Positions 33,342 to 44,931 of a DNA stretch of 64,000 nt are shown piece by piece. Made by a program: the position numbers and the translations under genes. The notes beneath the pieces are model-generated. The model had not been told where the DNA came from, did not search any database, and saw only the letters and a list, made by a program, of their open reading frames with translations. Positions within the stretch are counted from its first letter, which is position 1; each line of letters begins with the position of its first letter. Source of the stretch: an uncultured delta proteobacterium (lineage in GTDB: Bacteria; Myxococcota; Myxococcia; Myxococcales; Anaeromyxobacteraceae); assembly GCA_963814585.1 (NCBI GenBank), contig CAWFDF010000003.1:448001-512000 (forward strand), in the 5' to 3' direction.

Positions 33342-35962
33342 TCAGCGGCTCCCGGAGAACCAGGAGCGCCCGAGCAGGCGGACCAGCATCGCCGGTCCGC
33401 CCTGCTCGGCGCACAGCTCCCAGACCGTCACGCCGCCCAGCCCCTTGAAGGAGGCCCGGCCGACGCGGCGGAACAGCTCGCCGACCCTCCCGTCGGGGTG
33501 GAAGCAGGCCAGCAGCGGCTGCGGCTCCACCCCGTAGAACCACAGGTCGAGGGCCTCCTCGGGGACGGCGGCGGGGTCGAGCTCGAAGCGCCGGACCACC
33601 CGGCGGTCGCGCACCTCGGCGAGGAAGGCGGTGAGCGCCTCCTCGGAGAGGGCCGCGCCGCTGTTGTAGATGTCACCGCCCGGATCGGCCGGCTGGAGCG
33701 CCGCCGCCTCCAGCGCCTCCCGCACCGGCGCCGCCAGCCAGCGCATGGCGCCGGCCATGTCGCCGGCCCTGGCCGCCTCCACCGCCCGCCCCTCGAGCTC
33801 GGACGCCACGGTCAGGGCCAGCGGCCGGTCGATGAAGACGCTCCAGGCATGGGCCAGCCTGGGGCGCCGGCGCGCGGCGCGCGCGGCGGCCAGCTGGGCG
33901 TCGGCGCGGGCCCGGGCGGTCGCCACCCTGGCCGTGCCGCGGGCCGACTCGTTGATCTTCTCGGCGATGGCCACGCGGTTGCGTCCGAAGACCTCGTCCT
34001 CGATCATCACCACCAGCGGGGCGTCACCGTGGCTGATGAAGACGCCGGCCTCCAGCCCTTCGCCGCGGGCCCGCGCCATGGCCCGCTCCCGCTCCAGTCC
34101 GGCCCGCTGCTCCGCGGCGGCCAGCCGGGCCACCTGGGCGCCCAGCGCCGCCTGGTCGGGCGTGCCCGGGGTGGCGCGCGACAGCGCCGCCTCGGCCTCG
34201 CCTCGCGCCCGCTTCTCCGCCTGGATGGCGTCGGCGTGCTGCCGCTCCAGCTCCAGCAGCTGCCGCCGAACCGCCGCGTCGTCGATCTGCCGCTGCAGCC
34301 GCGCCGAGTAGGTGGCGAAGGCCTCCCGGATGGCCACGGCCAGCTGGAGCATCGCCGGGACCTCGCCGGAGAAGCTGATGGCGTCACCCAGCAGGTTGTT
34401 GAGCGAGACGCCGCCGCGATCGGCCAGGTGCTGCATGCCGCCGTAGTGCGCCTTGGCCGCCACCAGGATGGGCAGGTAGAACTCGCGCCGCAGGAACTCG
34501 GCCATCGAGGCCTGGCCCAGCAGCGAGGTCCGCCGGGTGAAGTCCTTCACGTCGGCGAAGAGGTGGGCCAGCCGCAGGTTGGCGGCCGCCTTGAGGATGG
34601 GGCCGGGGCGCGCGCCGAGCCGGTAGAGCCGTCCCGCCTCGTACTCCCCGTCGGCGCCGCCCTCGGCCTCCCGGCCGGTGCGGAAGGTGAGCGCCCGGGC
34701 GGCGCCGGCCGCCCTCCGCTCCAGGGCCAGGTCCGCGCAGACCGCCGCCGCCGCCAGCGCGTACTCGGCGCGGGCCGCCTCGCGCGACAGGCCGAAGACC
34801 GCCCCGGGCTCGTGCGGCCGCCACCCCTGCAGGGCCCGGACCGCCCGCTCCACCAGCGCCCCGGCGTCGCCCCCCAGCGCGCCGGCCACCAGCTGGCGAG
34901 CCAGCGCCTGCCGCGGCGAGGCGTCGCCGGCACCGGAGGCGAGCCCGCCCGGCGTTCCCAGCAGCTCGCGAAGCGCCACCACCCGCGCGCCCTGGCCGCG
35001 CACCTCGGCGTGCAGCACCGCCTGCGCCAGCAGGTCGCGCAGCCTGGCGACCGCCACGGCCTGCTCCGCCTTCACCGCCACGGCGTCGTCGTCGGCGAGG
35101 AGCGCGCCGAGCTCCCGCGGAAGCGCCGCGGCGGAGAGGCCGCCGGCGAGGCGCGCCACCAGCTCGTCGGCGTGGGGGATGCCGGCGGCCAGCTCGCAGC
35201 CGTAGACGGTGGCGCCGCCCGCCTGGAGCCCGAGCCTCCCCCCAGCCAGGCGGTGGGCGAGAGCACGGCCTCGAGCCTGGCCCGCTGGGGGTCGGAGGCG
35301 GCCAGGCCGGCGTCGCGGAGGGCCCGCTGCAGCCCGGTGTGCACCGCGGTCCAGAGCGCGGTCATGGCGCCGGCCCGGAGCCAGCGATCGGCGTGGGTGA
35401 CCGGCAGGGCCTCGCGCACCCCCTGCTCGGTCGCGGCGGCCTCTGCCGCCAGCGCCAGCATCACGATGAGCGTGGTCGGCTCGCCCGGCGCGGCGGCCTG
35501 CTCCAGGAAGGCGCGGCGCAGCAGCTCGATCCAGAGCCCGACCAGCGAGCGCCCCTTGCCCCCCTTCCCCAGCCAGGCGGCCACGAGGCCGCCGGTCAGG
35601 GCCGGGTGGGAGGCGGCGGCCAGCGCCGCGGCGGCGCGCAGGTCGGGGCCGCCGGCGTGGCCTCCGGGCCCGGGCTCGACCGCCGGGAGGTTGGAGGAGT
35701 CCTCGCGCAGGAGGAGCCGATCGTGCTCCTCGTCCGGCACCAGGCGCCGGTGGTGGCGGACGACCAGCAGCGCGATCTCGACCGCGGCGGCGTGGTGGAT
35801 GGCCCGGGCGTCGGGGGCCACCTCCACCGGCACCGAGAGATCCGCGAGCGACGTGCCCAGCGAGAAGCGGAGCCGACCCGGCTCGAGGCCCAGGAAGCCG
35901 GCCCCGCCTGCCTGCGCGGCCGCGAGGAGCTCCAGACGTCGGGCGGCGACCGGGTGGGACAT
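33342..35962 (-). CDS. Large protein with a C-terminal class III nucleotidyl-cyclase-like domain, split by a 1-bp deletion at about 35238-35243
   Basis: N-terminal part lies in the frame of ORF 35072..37522 (MSHPVAARR...LSPTAWLGG) and the C-terminal part in ORF 33342..35966. Motifs LFADVKDFT, NNLLGDAI and KINESARG. Confidence 0.6.
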
Positions 35963-36039
35963 GCACCTTCCTCGGTCGCTCATACCCCGGCGCCGCGCCG
36001 CGGGCCAGGCGGCGAGCCCGGGCCCGCGGCGTCCCGCCC

Positions 36040-37878
36040 CTACCTCCGCTCGGCCAGCGTCACCTTCACCGTCACCGTCCGGCCGTCGCGCTGGTAGCGG
36101 ACCTCCACCACGTCGCCGGGCCGGCGGCCGCCCAGCGCGTACTGGAGGTCCTGGAGGTTCAGGATGGGCTTGCCCCCCAGCCCGAGGATCACGTCGCCGC
36201 CCTGGAGGCCCGCCTTCTCCGCCGGGCTGCCCGGCATGGTGCCGGTGATCAGCACGCCGGGCTCGGTCCGCTCGGCGAAGTCGGGGATGGTGCCGAGCGA
36301 CGGCCTCCCCCCGCTCCGCGCCCCGCCTCCCGACCCCTTGGGCGGGGTGGTCCGGACCACCTCCAGCCGGCCCGCCTGGCCGGCCGCCTGGCTGGCCGCG
36401 CGCCACGCCAGCCTCGCCGCCTCGGCCACGGCGGCGCCGTCGATCTTGTCGGCGGTGTCGCTGGGACGGTGGTAGTCGGCGTGGGCGCCGTTGAAGACGA
36501 AGAGGACCGGCACGTCCCTGGCGTAGAAGGCGGTCTGGTCCGAGGCGCCGTAGCCGTCGCCGATCAGCTCGACGTCGAAGGCCAGGCGCGGCGGCCGCTC
36601 GGCCAGCGCCATGACCTGCTGCCGCAGCCCCCTGGCGGTGTCGACGCCCTGCACGTACATCTTGTTCCTCTGCGGACGGCCCACCATGTCGAGGTTGACC
36701 ATGAGCTGCATCTGGTCCACCGCACAGGCGGCCGGCGGGTGCCGCACCAGCCAGGTCGAGCCGAGCACGCCCAGCTCCTCGCCGGCGAAGGCCACGAAGA
36801 GCACCGGCCGGCGCGGCGCGGGACCGGCCGCGAAGCCGCGGGCCACCGCCAGCAGCGCCGCCGTCCCCGAGGCGTTGTCGTCGGCGCCGGGGTGGACGCT
36901 CCCGACCTTCTCCGGGGAGGCCGAGCTCTCGCCGCCCAGCCCCAGGTGATCGTAGTGGGCGCCCACCACCACGCACTCGCCGGCCACGGACGGATCGGAG
37001 CCGGGCCGGAAGCCGACCACGTTGGCGGTGCGGGCCTTCTCCACCTCGATGGCCACCTGCAGCGAGACCTTCACGCCGAGCGGCCTGGACCGCGGCTTCA
37101 GGTCGGAGGCGATCTCCCTGGCCAGGGCGGCGGCGTCCACGCCCGCCGCCGCCAGCGCCGCCAGCGTCACCCGCCCCACCATCAGCCCGGCGCGGGAGGC
37201 CACCGCGCCCTTCCACGCCGCCAGCTCGTCCGGGCCGGGGTGGTTCCAGTCGTCGCGCACGCCGAGGATGGCCACCGCGCCGTGATCGCGAGCGTTGGTC
37301 GCCTTGAAGCGCCACTCGCCGAAGCGGTAGTGCTTCGGGTCGCGGAACGGGCTCTTCTCGTCGGCCTCGCGAGGGAAGTCCTGCGCCACCAGCACGATCT
37401 TCCCCTTCACGTCGAGCCCGGCGTAGTCGTCGTAGCCGAGCTCGGGCGCGGTGATGCCGTAGCCGGCGAAGACCAGCTCGCCCTCGACCCGCCCGTCGTC
37501 GGAGAAGCTGAAGGGGAGCCACCCGGTCCCCAGCGCCACCGGCGCCCCGCCCAGCGTGAGCTCGTTGCCAGGCCTCAGGCTGGCGCGGAACGGCGCGTCG
37601 AAGGGCTGCAGGAAGCCCTCGGTCCCGGCCGGCGCCAGGCCGATCTCCTGGAACCGCTCCGCCAGCCAGCCGGCGGCGGCGGCGTTGCCGGCCGTCCCCA
37701 TGCCCCGGCCGGTCCGGGCCGGGTCGGCCAGCCAGGTCACCTCGGCCTTGGCCAGCGCGGCGTCGAAGCGCGGGTCGGGGACCGGCGCCCCGGCGATCGG
37801 GTGGGCGGTGGCAGCCGGGAGCCGGGCGGCGCAGGCGGAGAGGAGGAGGGCGGCGGGCACGGCGTGGACGAGGCGCAT
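36040..37878 (-). CDS. M28 family metallopeptidase lipoprotein with PA and PDZ domains
   Basis: Lipobox LLLSAC, GAHYDHLG, GADDNASG, GEELG, NLDMVG, YHRPSD and a C-terminal PDZ (PGSPAEKAGLQGGDVI). Confidence 0.9.
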   Translation of the reverse strand: MRLVHAVPAALLLSACAARLPAATAHPIAGAPVPDPRFDAALAKAEVTWLADPARTGRGMGTAGNAAAAGWLAERFQEIGLAPAGTEGFLQPFDAPFRASLRPGNELTLGGAPVALGTGWLPFSFSDDGRVEGELVFAGYGITAPELGYDDYAGLDVKGKIVLVAQDFPREADEKSPFRDPKHYRFGEWRFKATNARDHGAVAILGVRDDWNHPGPDELAAWKGAVASRAGLMVGRVTLAALAAAGVDAAALAREIASDLKPRSRPLGVKVSLQVAIEVEKARTANVVGFRPGSDPSVAGECVVVGAHYDHLGLGGESSASPEKVGSVHPGADDNASGTAALLAVARGFAAGPAPRRPVLFVAFAGEELGVLGSTWLVRHPPAACAVDQMQLMVNLDMVGRPQRNKMYVQGVDTARGLRQQVMALAERPPRLAFDVELIGDGYGASDQTAFYARDVPVLFVFNGAHADYHRPSDTADKIDGAAVAEAARLAWRAASQAAGQAGRLEVVRTTPPKGSGGGARSGGRPSLGTIPDFAERTEPGVLITGTMPGSPAEKAGLQGGDVILGLGGKPILNLQDLQYALGGRRPGDVVEVRYQRDGRTVTVKVTLAERR

Positions 37879-37948
37879 CCGGCGCTTATACCCGAGCGAC
37901 CGCCGGGCCTTGCGGCCAAAGGAGCGAGCGGGTAACAATGTCGTCCCC

Positions 37949-38026
37949 ATGCGCCTGACGTTCCTCGAGTCCCAGATCCACCGGGCGTCCGTCACGCCCG
38001 CCGACCTCCACCGGCCAGGCAGGTGA
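37949..38026 (+). pseudogene. panD: Remnant of aspartate 1-decarboxylase (PanD) N-terminus
   Basis: MRLTFLESQIHRASVTPADLHRPGR* aligns without gaps to the PanD beta chain (E. coli [24 protein letters not shown]|S) and then stops. Confidence 0.65.
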
Positions 38027-38030
38027 CGGC

Positions 38031-38054
38031 ATGACGGTGTTGCTTTGGCGCTGA
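38031..38054 (+). promoter_or_regulatory. Candidate trp leader uORF MTVLLWR*
   Basis: ATG ACG GTG TTG CTT TGG CGC TGA ends 1 nt before an in-frame CTG that extends trpE. Confidence 0.3.
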
Positions 38055-38118
38055 TCTGCGCCCCCAGCCAGACCTCCCGACGTTCCTGAAGCTCTGCCGC
38101 CCCGGCCGTGCCGTCCCG

Positions 38119-39606
38119 GTGCGCGTCGAGGTGGATGCCGACACCGAGACCCCGGTCTCGGCCTTCCTGAAGCTGTCCCGTGGCCACCGCCACGCCTTCC
38201 TGCTCGAGTCGGTCGAGGGCGGCGAGCGCAGCGCCCGCTTCACCTTCCTGGGCGCCGGCCCGCGCCGCGTGCTGCGCTGGAAGCTGGGCGATCCGGCCGA
38301 CCCCCTCGACGCCATCCGCGCCGCGCTGGTCGGCCACACCGCCGTGCGCGTGCCCGGCACCCCGCCCTTCTCGGGCGGCCTGGTCGGCCACGTCGCCTGG
38401 GACGCGGTGCGGCTCTTCGAGCCGAGGGTGCCGGTCTCCAGGCCCGACGAGCTGGGCTTCCCCGACGTGCTGCTGGGCGACTACGACGAGGTGGTCGCCT
38501 TCGACAACGTGCGCCACTCCCTCCACGTGGTCTGCGAGGTGCGCTGCGACTTCGGCGACGACCCCAGGGCGCTCTACGCCGCCGCGGTGAAGCGGATCGC
38601 CGCCACCATCAAGGCGCTGGCCCGGCCGCTCGCCGACCGGAGGGCCCGGCGCGGCGCCACGCCGGCCACGCTCCGTCCCCGCACCGGGAAGCCGGCCTTC
38701 CTGGCGGCCATCGAGCGGGCCAAGGAGTTCGTCCGCGCCGGCGACTGCCAGCAGATCGTCCTCTCCCAGCGCTTCGACGCCGAGGTCTCGGTGCCGCCCT
38801 TCGAGATCTACCGGGCCCTCCGGCGCGTCAACCCCTCGCCCTACCTCTTCTTCCTGCAGGACGGCGACCGGGCGCTGGTCGGCTCCTCGCCCGAGACGCT
38901 CATCAAGCTGCAGGACGGCGAGATCACGCTGCGCCCCATCGCCGGGACCCGGCGGCGTGGCCGCGACGCCGCCGAGGACGCGGCCCTCGAGGCCGAGCTG
39001 CGCGCGGACCCCAAGGAGAACGCCGAGCACGTCATGCTGGTCGACCTCGGCCGCAACGACGTGGGCCGCGTGGCCGCCATCGGCTCGGTGCGGCTGACGG
39101 CGCTCCGGACCGTGGAGCGCTACTCCCACGTCATGCACCTGGTCTCGGAGGTGAAGGGGCGGCTGGCCCCGGGTCGCACCGCGGTCGACGTGCTGCGGGC
39201 GGGCTTCCCGGCCGGCACCGTCTCCGGCTCGCCCAAGGTGCGGGCCATGGAGATCATCGACGAGCTGGAGCCGGCCCGGCGCGGACCCTACGCCGGCGCC
39301 GTCGGCTACTTCGACCGCGGCGGGAACATGGAGCTCTGCATCGCCATCCGCACGCTCATGGCCAACGGCCGGCGCGTCTCGGTCCAGGCCGGAGCCGGGC
39401 TGGTCTACGACTCGGTGCCGGAGACCGAGTACCAGGAGACGGTCAACAAGGCCCGGGCCATCTTCACGGCCGTGGCGCAGGCCGAGGCCCGGGTGCTCGA
39501 CGCGGTGGCCCGGGCACCGGCGGCCCGCCCGGCCCGGACCCGGCCGCGCCGCCCCGGGCCGGCGAGACGGCCGGCCCGACGCGCCGGAAAGGGAGGGCGT
39601 CCATGA
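38119..39606 (+). CDS. trpE: Anthranilate synthase component I (true start may be CTG at 38056)
   Basis: DTETPVSAFLK, FLLESVEGG, NPSPYLF, GSSPE, RPIAGTR, AEHVMLVDLGRND, FPAGTVSGSPK and QAGAG. Confidence 0.95.
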   Translation: MRVEVDADTETPVSAFLKLSRGHRHAFLLESVEGGERSARFTFLGAGPRRVLRWKLGDPADPLDAIRAALVGHTAVRVPGTPPFSGGLVGHVAWDAVRLFEPRVPVSRPDELGFPDVLLGDYDEVVAFDNVRHSLHVVCEVRCDFGDDPRALYAAAVKRIAATIKALARPLADRRARRGATPATLRPRTGKPAFLAAIERAKEFVRAGDCQQIVLSQRFDAEVSVPPFEIYRALRRVNPSPYLFFLQDGDRALVGSSPETLIKLQDGEITLRPIAGTRRRGRDAAEDAALEAELRADPKENAEHVMLVDLGRNDVGRVAAIGSVRLTALRTVERYSHVMHLVSEVKGRLAPGRTAVDVLRAGFPAGTVSGSPKVRAMEIIDELEPARRGPYAGAVGYFDRGGNMELCIAIRTLMANGRRVSVQAGAGLVYDSVPETEYQETVNKARAIFTAVAQAEARVLDAVARAPAARPARTRPRRPGPARRPARRAGKGGRP

Positions 39607-40196
39607 CCACGCTGCGCGTCCTCCTCGTCGACAACTACGACTCCTTCACCTTCAACCTGGTCCAGTACCTCGGCGAGCTGGGTGCCGACGTCACGGTCCA
39701 CCGGAACGACCAGATTGACGTGGCCGGGATCCGCGCCGCGCGCCCCGACGGCCTGCTCCTCTCCCCCGGCCCCTGCACGCCCGACCAGGCTGGCGTGACC
39801 CTGGCCGCCATCGAGGCCCTGGCCGGCGACCTCCCCATCCTCGGCGTCTGCCTGGGCCACCAGGCCATCGGCCAGGCCTTCGGCGGCGTGGTCCGCCGCA
39901 ACGAGCGGATCGTCCACGGCAAGGCCAGCCCGGTGCACCACCTCGGGAGCGGGCTCTACGCCGGTTTGCCCAACCCGTTCCAGGCCGGCCGCTACCACTC
40001 GCTGGTGGTGGACCGGGCGACGCTGCCCGAGACGCTCGAGGTCACCAGCTGGACGGCGGAGGGGGAGATCATGGGGCTGCGCCACCGGACCCTCGACGTC
40101 GAGGGCGTGCAGTTCCACCCCGAGTCGATCCTGACCGAGGCCGGCAAGCCGCTGCTCTCCAGCTGGCTGGCCCGGCTGGCGGGGAGGACGCCGTGA
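39603..40196 (+). CDS. trpG: Anthranilate synthase component II (glutamine amidotransferase)
   Basis: DNYDSFTFNL, SPGP, GVCLGHQ, GRYHSL and QFHPES. Confidence 0.95.
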   Translation: MTTLRVLLVDNYDSFTFNLVQYLGELGADVTVHRNDQIDVAGIRAARPDGLLLSPGPCTPDQAGVTLAAIEALAGDLPILGVCLGHQAIGQAFGGVVRRNERIVHGKASPVHHLGSGLYAGLPNPFQAGRYHSLVVDRATLPETLEVTSWTAEGEIMGLRHRTLDVEGVQFHPESILTEAGKPLLSSWLARLAGRTP

Positions 40197-41203
40197 TCCA
40201 GCAGGCCCTGGCGAGGCTGCTCGAGGCCCACCCGCTCACCCGGGCCGAGGTGGCGGCGGTGATGAACGAGATCGCCGACGGCGCGGCCACGCCGGCGCAG
40301 GTCGGCGCCTTCCTGGCCGCGCTCCGCATCAAGGGGGAGACGGTCGACGAGATCACCGGCGCCGCCGAGGTGATGCGGGCACGGTCCGAGAAGGTCCACG
40401 TCGCCGCCCAGGTCTTCGTCGACACCTGCGGCACCGGCGGGGACGCCCGCAACACCTTCAACATCTCCACCACCGCGGCCTTCGTGGTGGCCGGGGCCGG
40501 CGTGGTGGTGGCCAAGCACGGCAACCGGGCCGTCTCCTCGCGCTCCGGATCGGCCGACGTGCTGGGGGCGCTGGGGGTCGACGTGGACGCGCCCACGCCG
40601 GTGGTGGAGCGGGCCATCGCCGAGGTGGGGATCGGCTTCCTCTTCGCGCAGCGGCTCCACCCGGCCTTCAAGGCGGTGGCCGGCATCCGGCGCGAGCTGG
40701 GGGTCCGCACCGTCTTCAACCTGCTCGGCCCGCTGGCCAACCCGGCCGGCGCCCGCCACCAGGTGATGGGGGTCTACGAGCCGCGCTGGGTGCCGGTCCT
40801 GGGCGGCGTCCTCTCCGCCCTGGGCGCGGTGCACGCCTTCGTGGTGCACGGCGAGGGGCTCGACGAGATCGCCGTCACCGGCATGACCCACGTCGCCGAG
40901 GTGAGGGGCGGCGCCGTGGAGCGCTACTGCGTGCTGCCCGAGGACCTCGGCCTGCCGCGCCGGCAGGAGTCGGAGCTGGCCGGTGGCGACGCGGTCCGGA
41001 ACGCCGCCATCCTGCGCGACGTCCTCTCCGGGCAGCAGGGCGCGCCGCGCGACGCGGTGCTGGCCAACGCCGCCGCGGCGCTGGTCTGCGCCGGCGCGGC
41101 CGCCGACCTCCGCGGCGGCGTGGGGGTGGCGGCCCGCTCCATCGACTCCGGGGCCGCGACCGAGAAGCTGCGCCGCCTCATCGAGGCGACCCGGCCGGCA
41201 TGA
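40193..41203 (+). CDS. trpD: Anthranilate phosphoribosyltransferase
   Basis: DTCGTGGD, FNIST, AKHGNRAVSSRSGSAD and RTVFNLLGPLANP. Confidence 0.96.
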   Translation: MIQQALARLLEAHPLTRAEVAAVMNEIADGAATPAQVGAFLAALRIKGETVDEITGAAEVMRARSEKVHVAAQVFVDTCGTGGDARNTFNISTTAAFVVAGAGVVVAKHGNRAVSSRSGSADVLGALGVDVDAPTPVVERAIAEVGIGFLFAQRLHPAFKAVAGIRRELGVRTVFNLLGPLANPAGARHQVMGVYEPRWVPVLGGVLSALGAVHAFVVHGEGLDEIAVTGMTHVAEVRGGAVERYCVLPEDLGLPRRQESELAGGDAVRNAAILRDVLSGQQGAPRDAVLANAAAALVCAGAAADLRGGVGVAARSIDSGAATEKLRRLIEATRPA

Positions 41204-41982
41204 ACACCTACCTGGACGCCATCCTGGCCCGGAAGCGCGCCGAGGTGGCGGCGCTGGCCGCGGCCCGGCCCGAGGCCGAGCTGCTGGCCCGGCTGGCCGA
41301 CGCCCCGGCGGCGCGCGACTTCGCCGGCGCCCTCTCGCCGCGCGGCGGACCGATCCGCGTCATCGCCGAGGTGAAGCGGGCCAGCCCGTCGGCCGGCGTC
41401 ATCGCGACCGGGCTCGACGCCGTGGCGCAGGCGCGCTGCTACCAGTCGGCCGGCGCCGCCGCCATCTCGGTCCTGACCGATGGTCCCGGCTTCGGCGGCT
41501 CGCTCGACGACCTGGTGGCGGTGCGCGCCCGGGTGGAGCTGCCGGTGCTCCGCAAGGACTTCACGGTGGGAGGCTGGCAGCTCGTCGAGGCGCGCGCGGC
41601 CGGCGCCGACGCCGTGCTGCTCATCGCCGCGGCGCTGCCCGGCGACCAGCTGCAGCGGCTCCACGACCGCTGCGGCGAGCTGGGGCTCCACGCGCTGGTG
41701 GAGGTCCACGACGAGTCCGAGGTGGAGCGGGCGCTGGCCGCGGGGGCCAGCCTGGTCGGCGTCAACAACCGGGACCTCCACACCTTCGCCGTGGACCTCG
41801 CCACCTCGGAGCGGATCATCCCCGCCCTGCCCGGGCACGTGAAGGGCGTGGCCGAGAGCGGCGTGCGCCGCGGGGCCGACGCCAGGCGCCTGCGCGCCGC
41901 CGGGGCCGCCAACCTGCTGGTGGGCGAGGCGCTGGTCCGGGCCGCCGATCCCGGCGCCCTGCTCCGGGAGCTCTGCGCGTGA
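41200..41982 (+). CDS. trpC: Indole-3-glycerol phosphate synthase
   Basis: IAEVKRASPSAG, ISVLTD, LRKDF, LVEVH, GVNNRDL and AESG. Confidence 0.95.
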   Translation: MNTYLDAILARKRAEVAALAAARPEAELLARLADAPAARDFAGALSPRGGPIRVIAEVKRASPSAGVIATGLDAVAQARCYQSAGAAAISVLTDGPGFGGSLDDLVAVRARVELPVLRKDFTVGGWQLVEARAAGADAVLLIAAALPGDQLQRLHDRCGELGLHALVEVHDESEVERALAAGASLVGVNNRDLHTFAVDLATSERIIPALPGHVKGVAESGVRRGADARRLRAAGAANLLVGEALVRAADPGALLRELCA

Positions 41983-42592
41983 CCGTGCGGGTCAAGATCT
42001 GCGGCCTGACCCGGCTCGAGGACGCGCTCTGCGCGGTGCGGCTGGGCGCCGACGCGCTCGGCTTCAACTTCTGGCCCGGCTCGAGGCGCTTCGTCTCGCC
42101 GGCCGAGGCGCGGGCCATCATCCGGCGGCTGCCGCCGCTGGTGACCACCGTGGGGGTGTTCGTCGATCCCTCCCATGACGAGGCGGTGGCCGCGGCCGCC
42201 ATCGCCGGCGTGCAGGTGATCCAGCTCCACGGCGCCGAGTCGCCCGCCTTCTGCCGCGCCTTCCAGCTCCCGGTGCTGAAGGCCCTCCCGGTGGGCGGTC
42301 CCGAGGCGCTGGCGGCGGCGGCGCCCTACGCCGGCCTGCCCGGCCTCCTGCTCGACGCCCCCTCCCCCGGTCACGGCGGGAGCGGCCAGCCCTGCCACTG
42401 GCCCACCGCCCGGACCCTCGCGGCGGGGACGCCCGTCGTCCTGGCCGGAGGCCTCCACCCCGGAAACGTGGCCGAGGCCATCGACGCCGTCCGCCCGTAC
42501 GGCGTCGACGTCGCCAGCGGCGTCGAGCGATCCCCGGGCGTGAAGGACCACCAGCTGCTGGCGCGCTTCATCGCCGCCGCCAAGGAGCCGCC

Positions 42593-42596
<4 letters not shown>
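41979..42596 (+). CDS. trpF: Phosphoribosylanthranilate isomerase
   Basis: VKICGLT, IQLHGAE, LAGGL and [12 protein letters not shown] start overlaps the trpC stop. Confidence 0.95.
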
Positions 42597-43974
<1,378 letters not shown>

Positions 43975-43978
<4 letters not shown>

Positions 43979-44772
43979 ACCGGATCCAGGCCACCTTCGC
44001 CCGCTGCCGGGCCGAGCGCCGCGCCGCGCTGGTCACCTACGTGATGGGGGGTGACCCCGACCTGGCCGGGTCGAAGGCCCTGGCGCTCGCCTGCCTCGAC
44101 GGCGGGGCCGACCTGGTGGAGGTCGGCGTCCCCTTCTCCGACCCCATCGCCGACGGCCCGACCATCCAGCTGGCGGCCGAGCGATCGCTGCGCCACCGCA
44201 CCACCCCGCGCGACTGCCTGGAGGTGGTCCGGGCGGTGCGGGCCCGCGGCGAGGTGCCGGTGGCGCTGATGGGCTACCTCAACCCGCTCCTCTCGGCCGG
44301 CTTCGAGCCCTTCGCCGCCGAGGCGGCCGCGGCCGGAGCCGACGCCTTCATCATCCCGGACCTGCTGCCCGAGGAGGCCGGCGAGCTGGGCGCCATCGCC
44401 GCGCGCCACGGCCTGGCGCTGGTGTTCCTGCTGGCTCCGACCTCGACGCCGGCACGGGTCGAGGCGGCGACGAGGGCGGCGACGGGCTTCCTCTACTTCG
44501 TCTCGGTGACCGGGGTCACCGGCGCCAGGGCCGAGCTGCCGGCCGACCTCGGCGCGCGCGTCGCCACGGTCCGCGCCGCCAGCCCGGTGCCGGTGGTGAT
44601 CGGCTTCGGGGTCTCGACGCCGGACCAGGCCCGCGCGCTCGGCTCGCTGGCCGACGGCGTGGTGGTGGGGAGCGCCATCGTCTCGCGCGGCGCCGCACCC
44701 GGAAGCCGGAGCGCGAAGGCGAGGCGGGTGAAGGCCTTCGTGGCCTCGCTGGCCCGGGCGCTGCGGAGGTAG
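43975..44772 (+). CDS. trpA: Tryptophan synthase alpha subunit
   Basis: [34 protein letters not shown] and DGVVVGSA. Confidence 0.96.
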
Positions 44773-44931
44773 GCGCGCCGGGGAGGCCAGGTCCTCCAGT
44801 CTTCGCCGGCGTCTCCGACCCGGGGAGCGTGCCCTGGACCCTGCGGCTTACGCCCCGCCCGGGTAGGGCGCCGGACCCGGGCCCGGAGCAAGACTGGATG
44901 GTTCGCTCCACACGCCACGAAAGGACTCCAC

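Noticed and set aside
31563..36248. Very long Arg/Pro/Gly-rich ORFs (1561 aa here; also 6853..10584, 6942..10616, 18141..21575, 25189..28245)
   Set aside because: Shadow frames overlapping well-supported genes. Stop codons are rare in such GC-rich DNA.
38026..38045. Sigma54 promoter (GGCA...TTGC) before trpE
   Set aside because: GG-to-GC spacing is 12 nt rather than the required 10.
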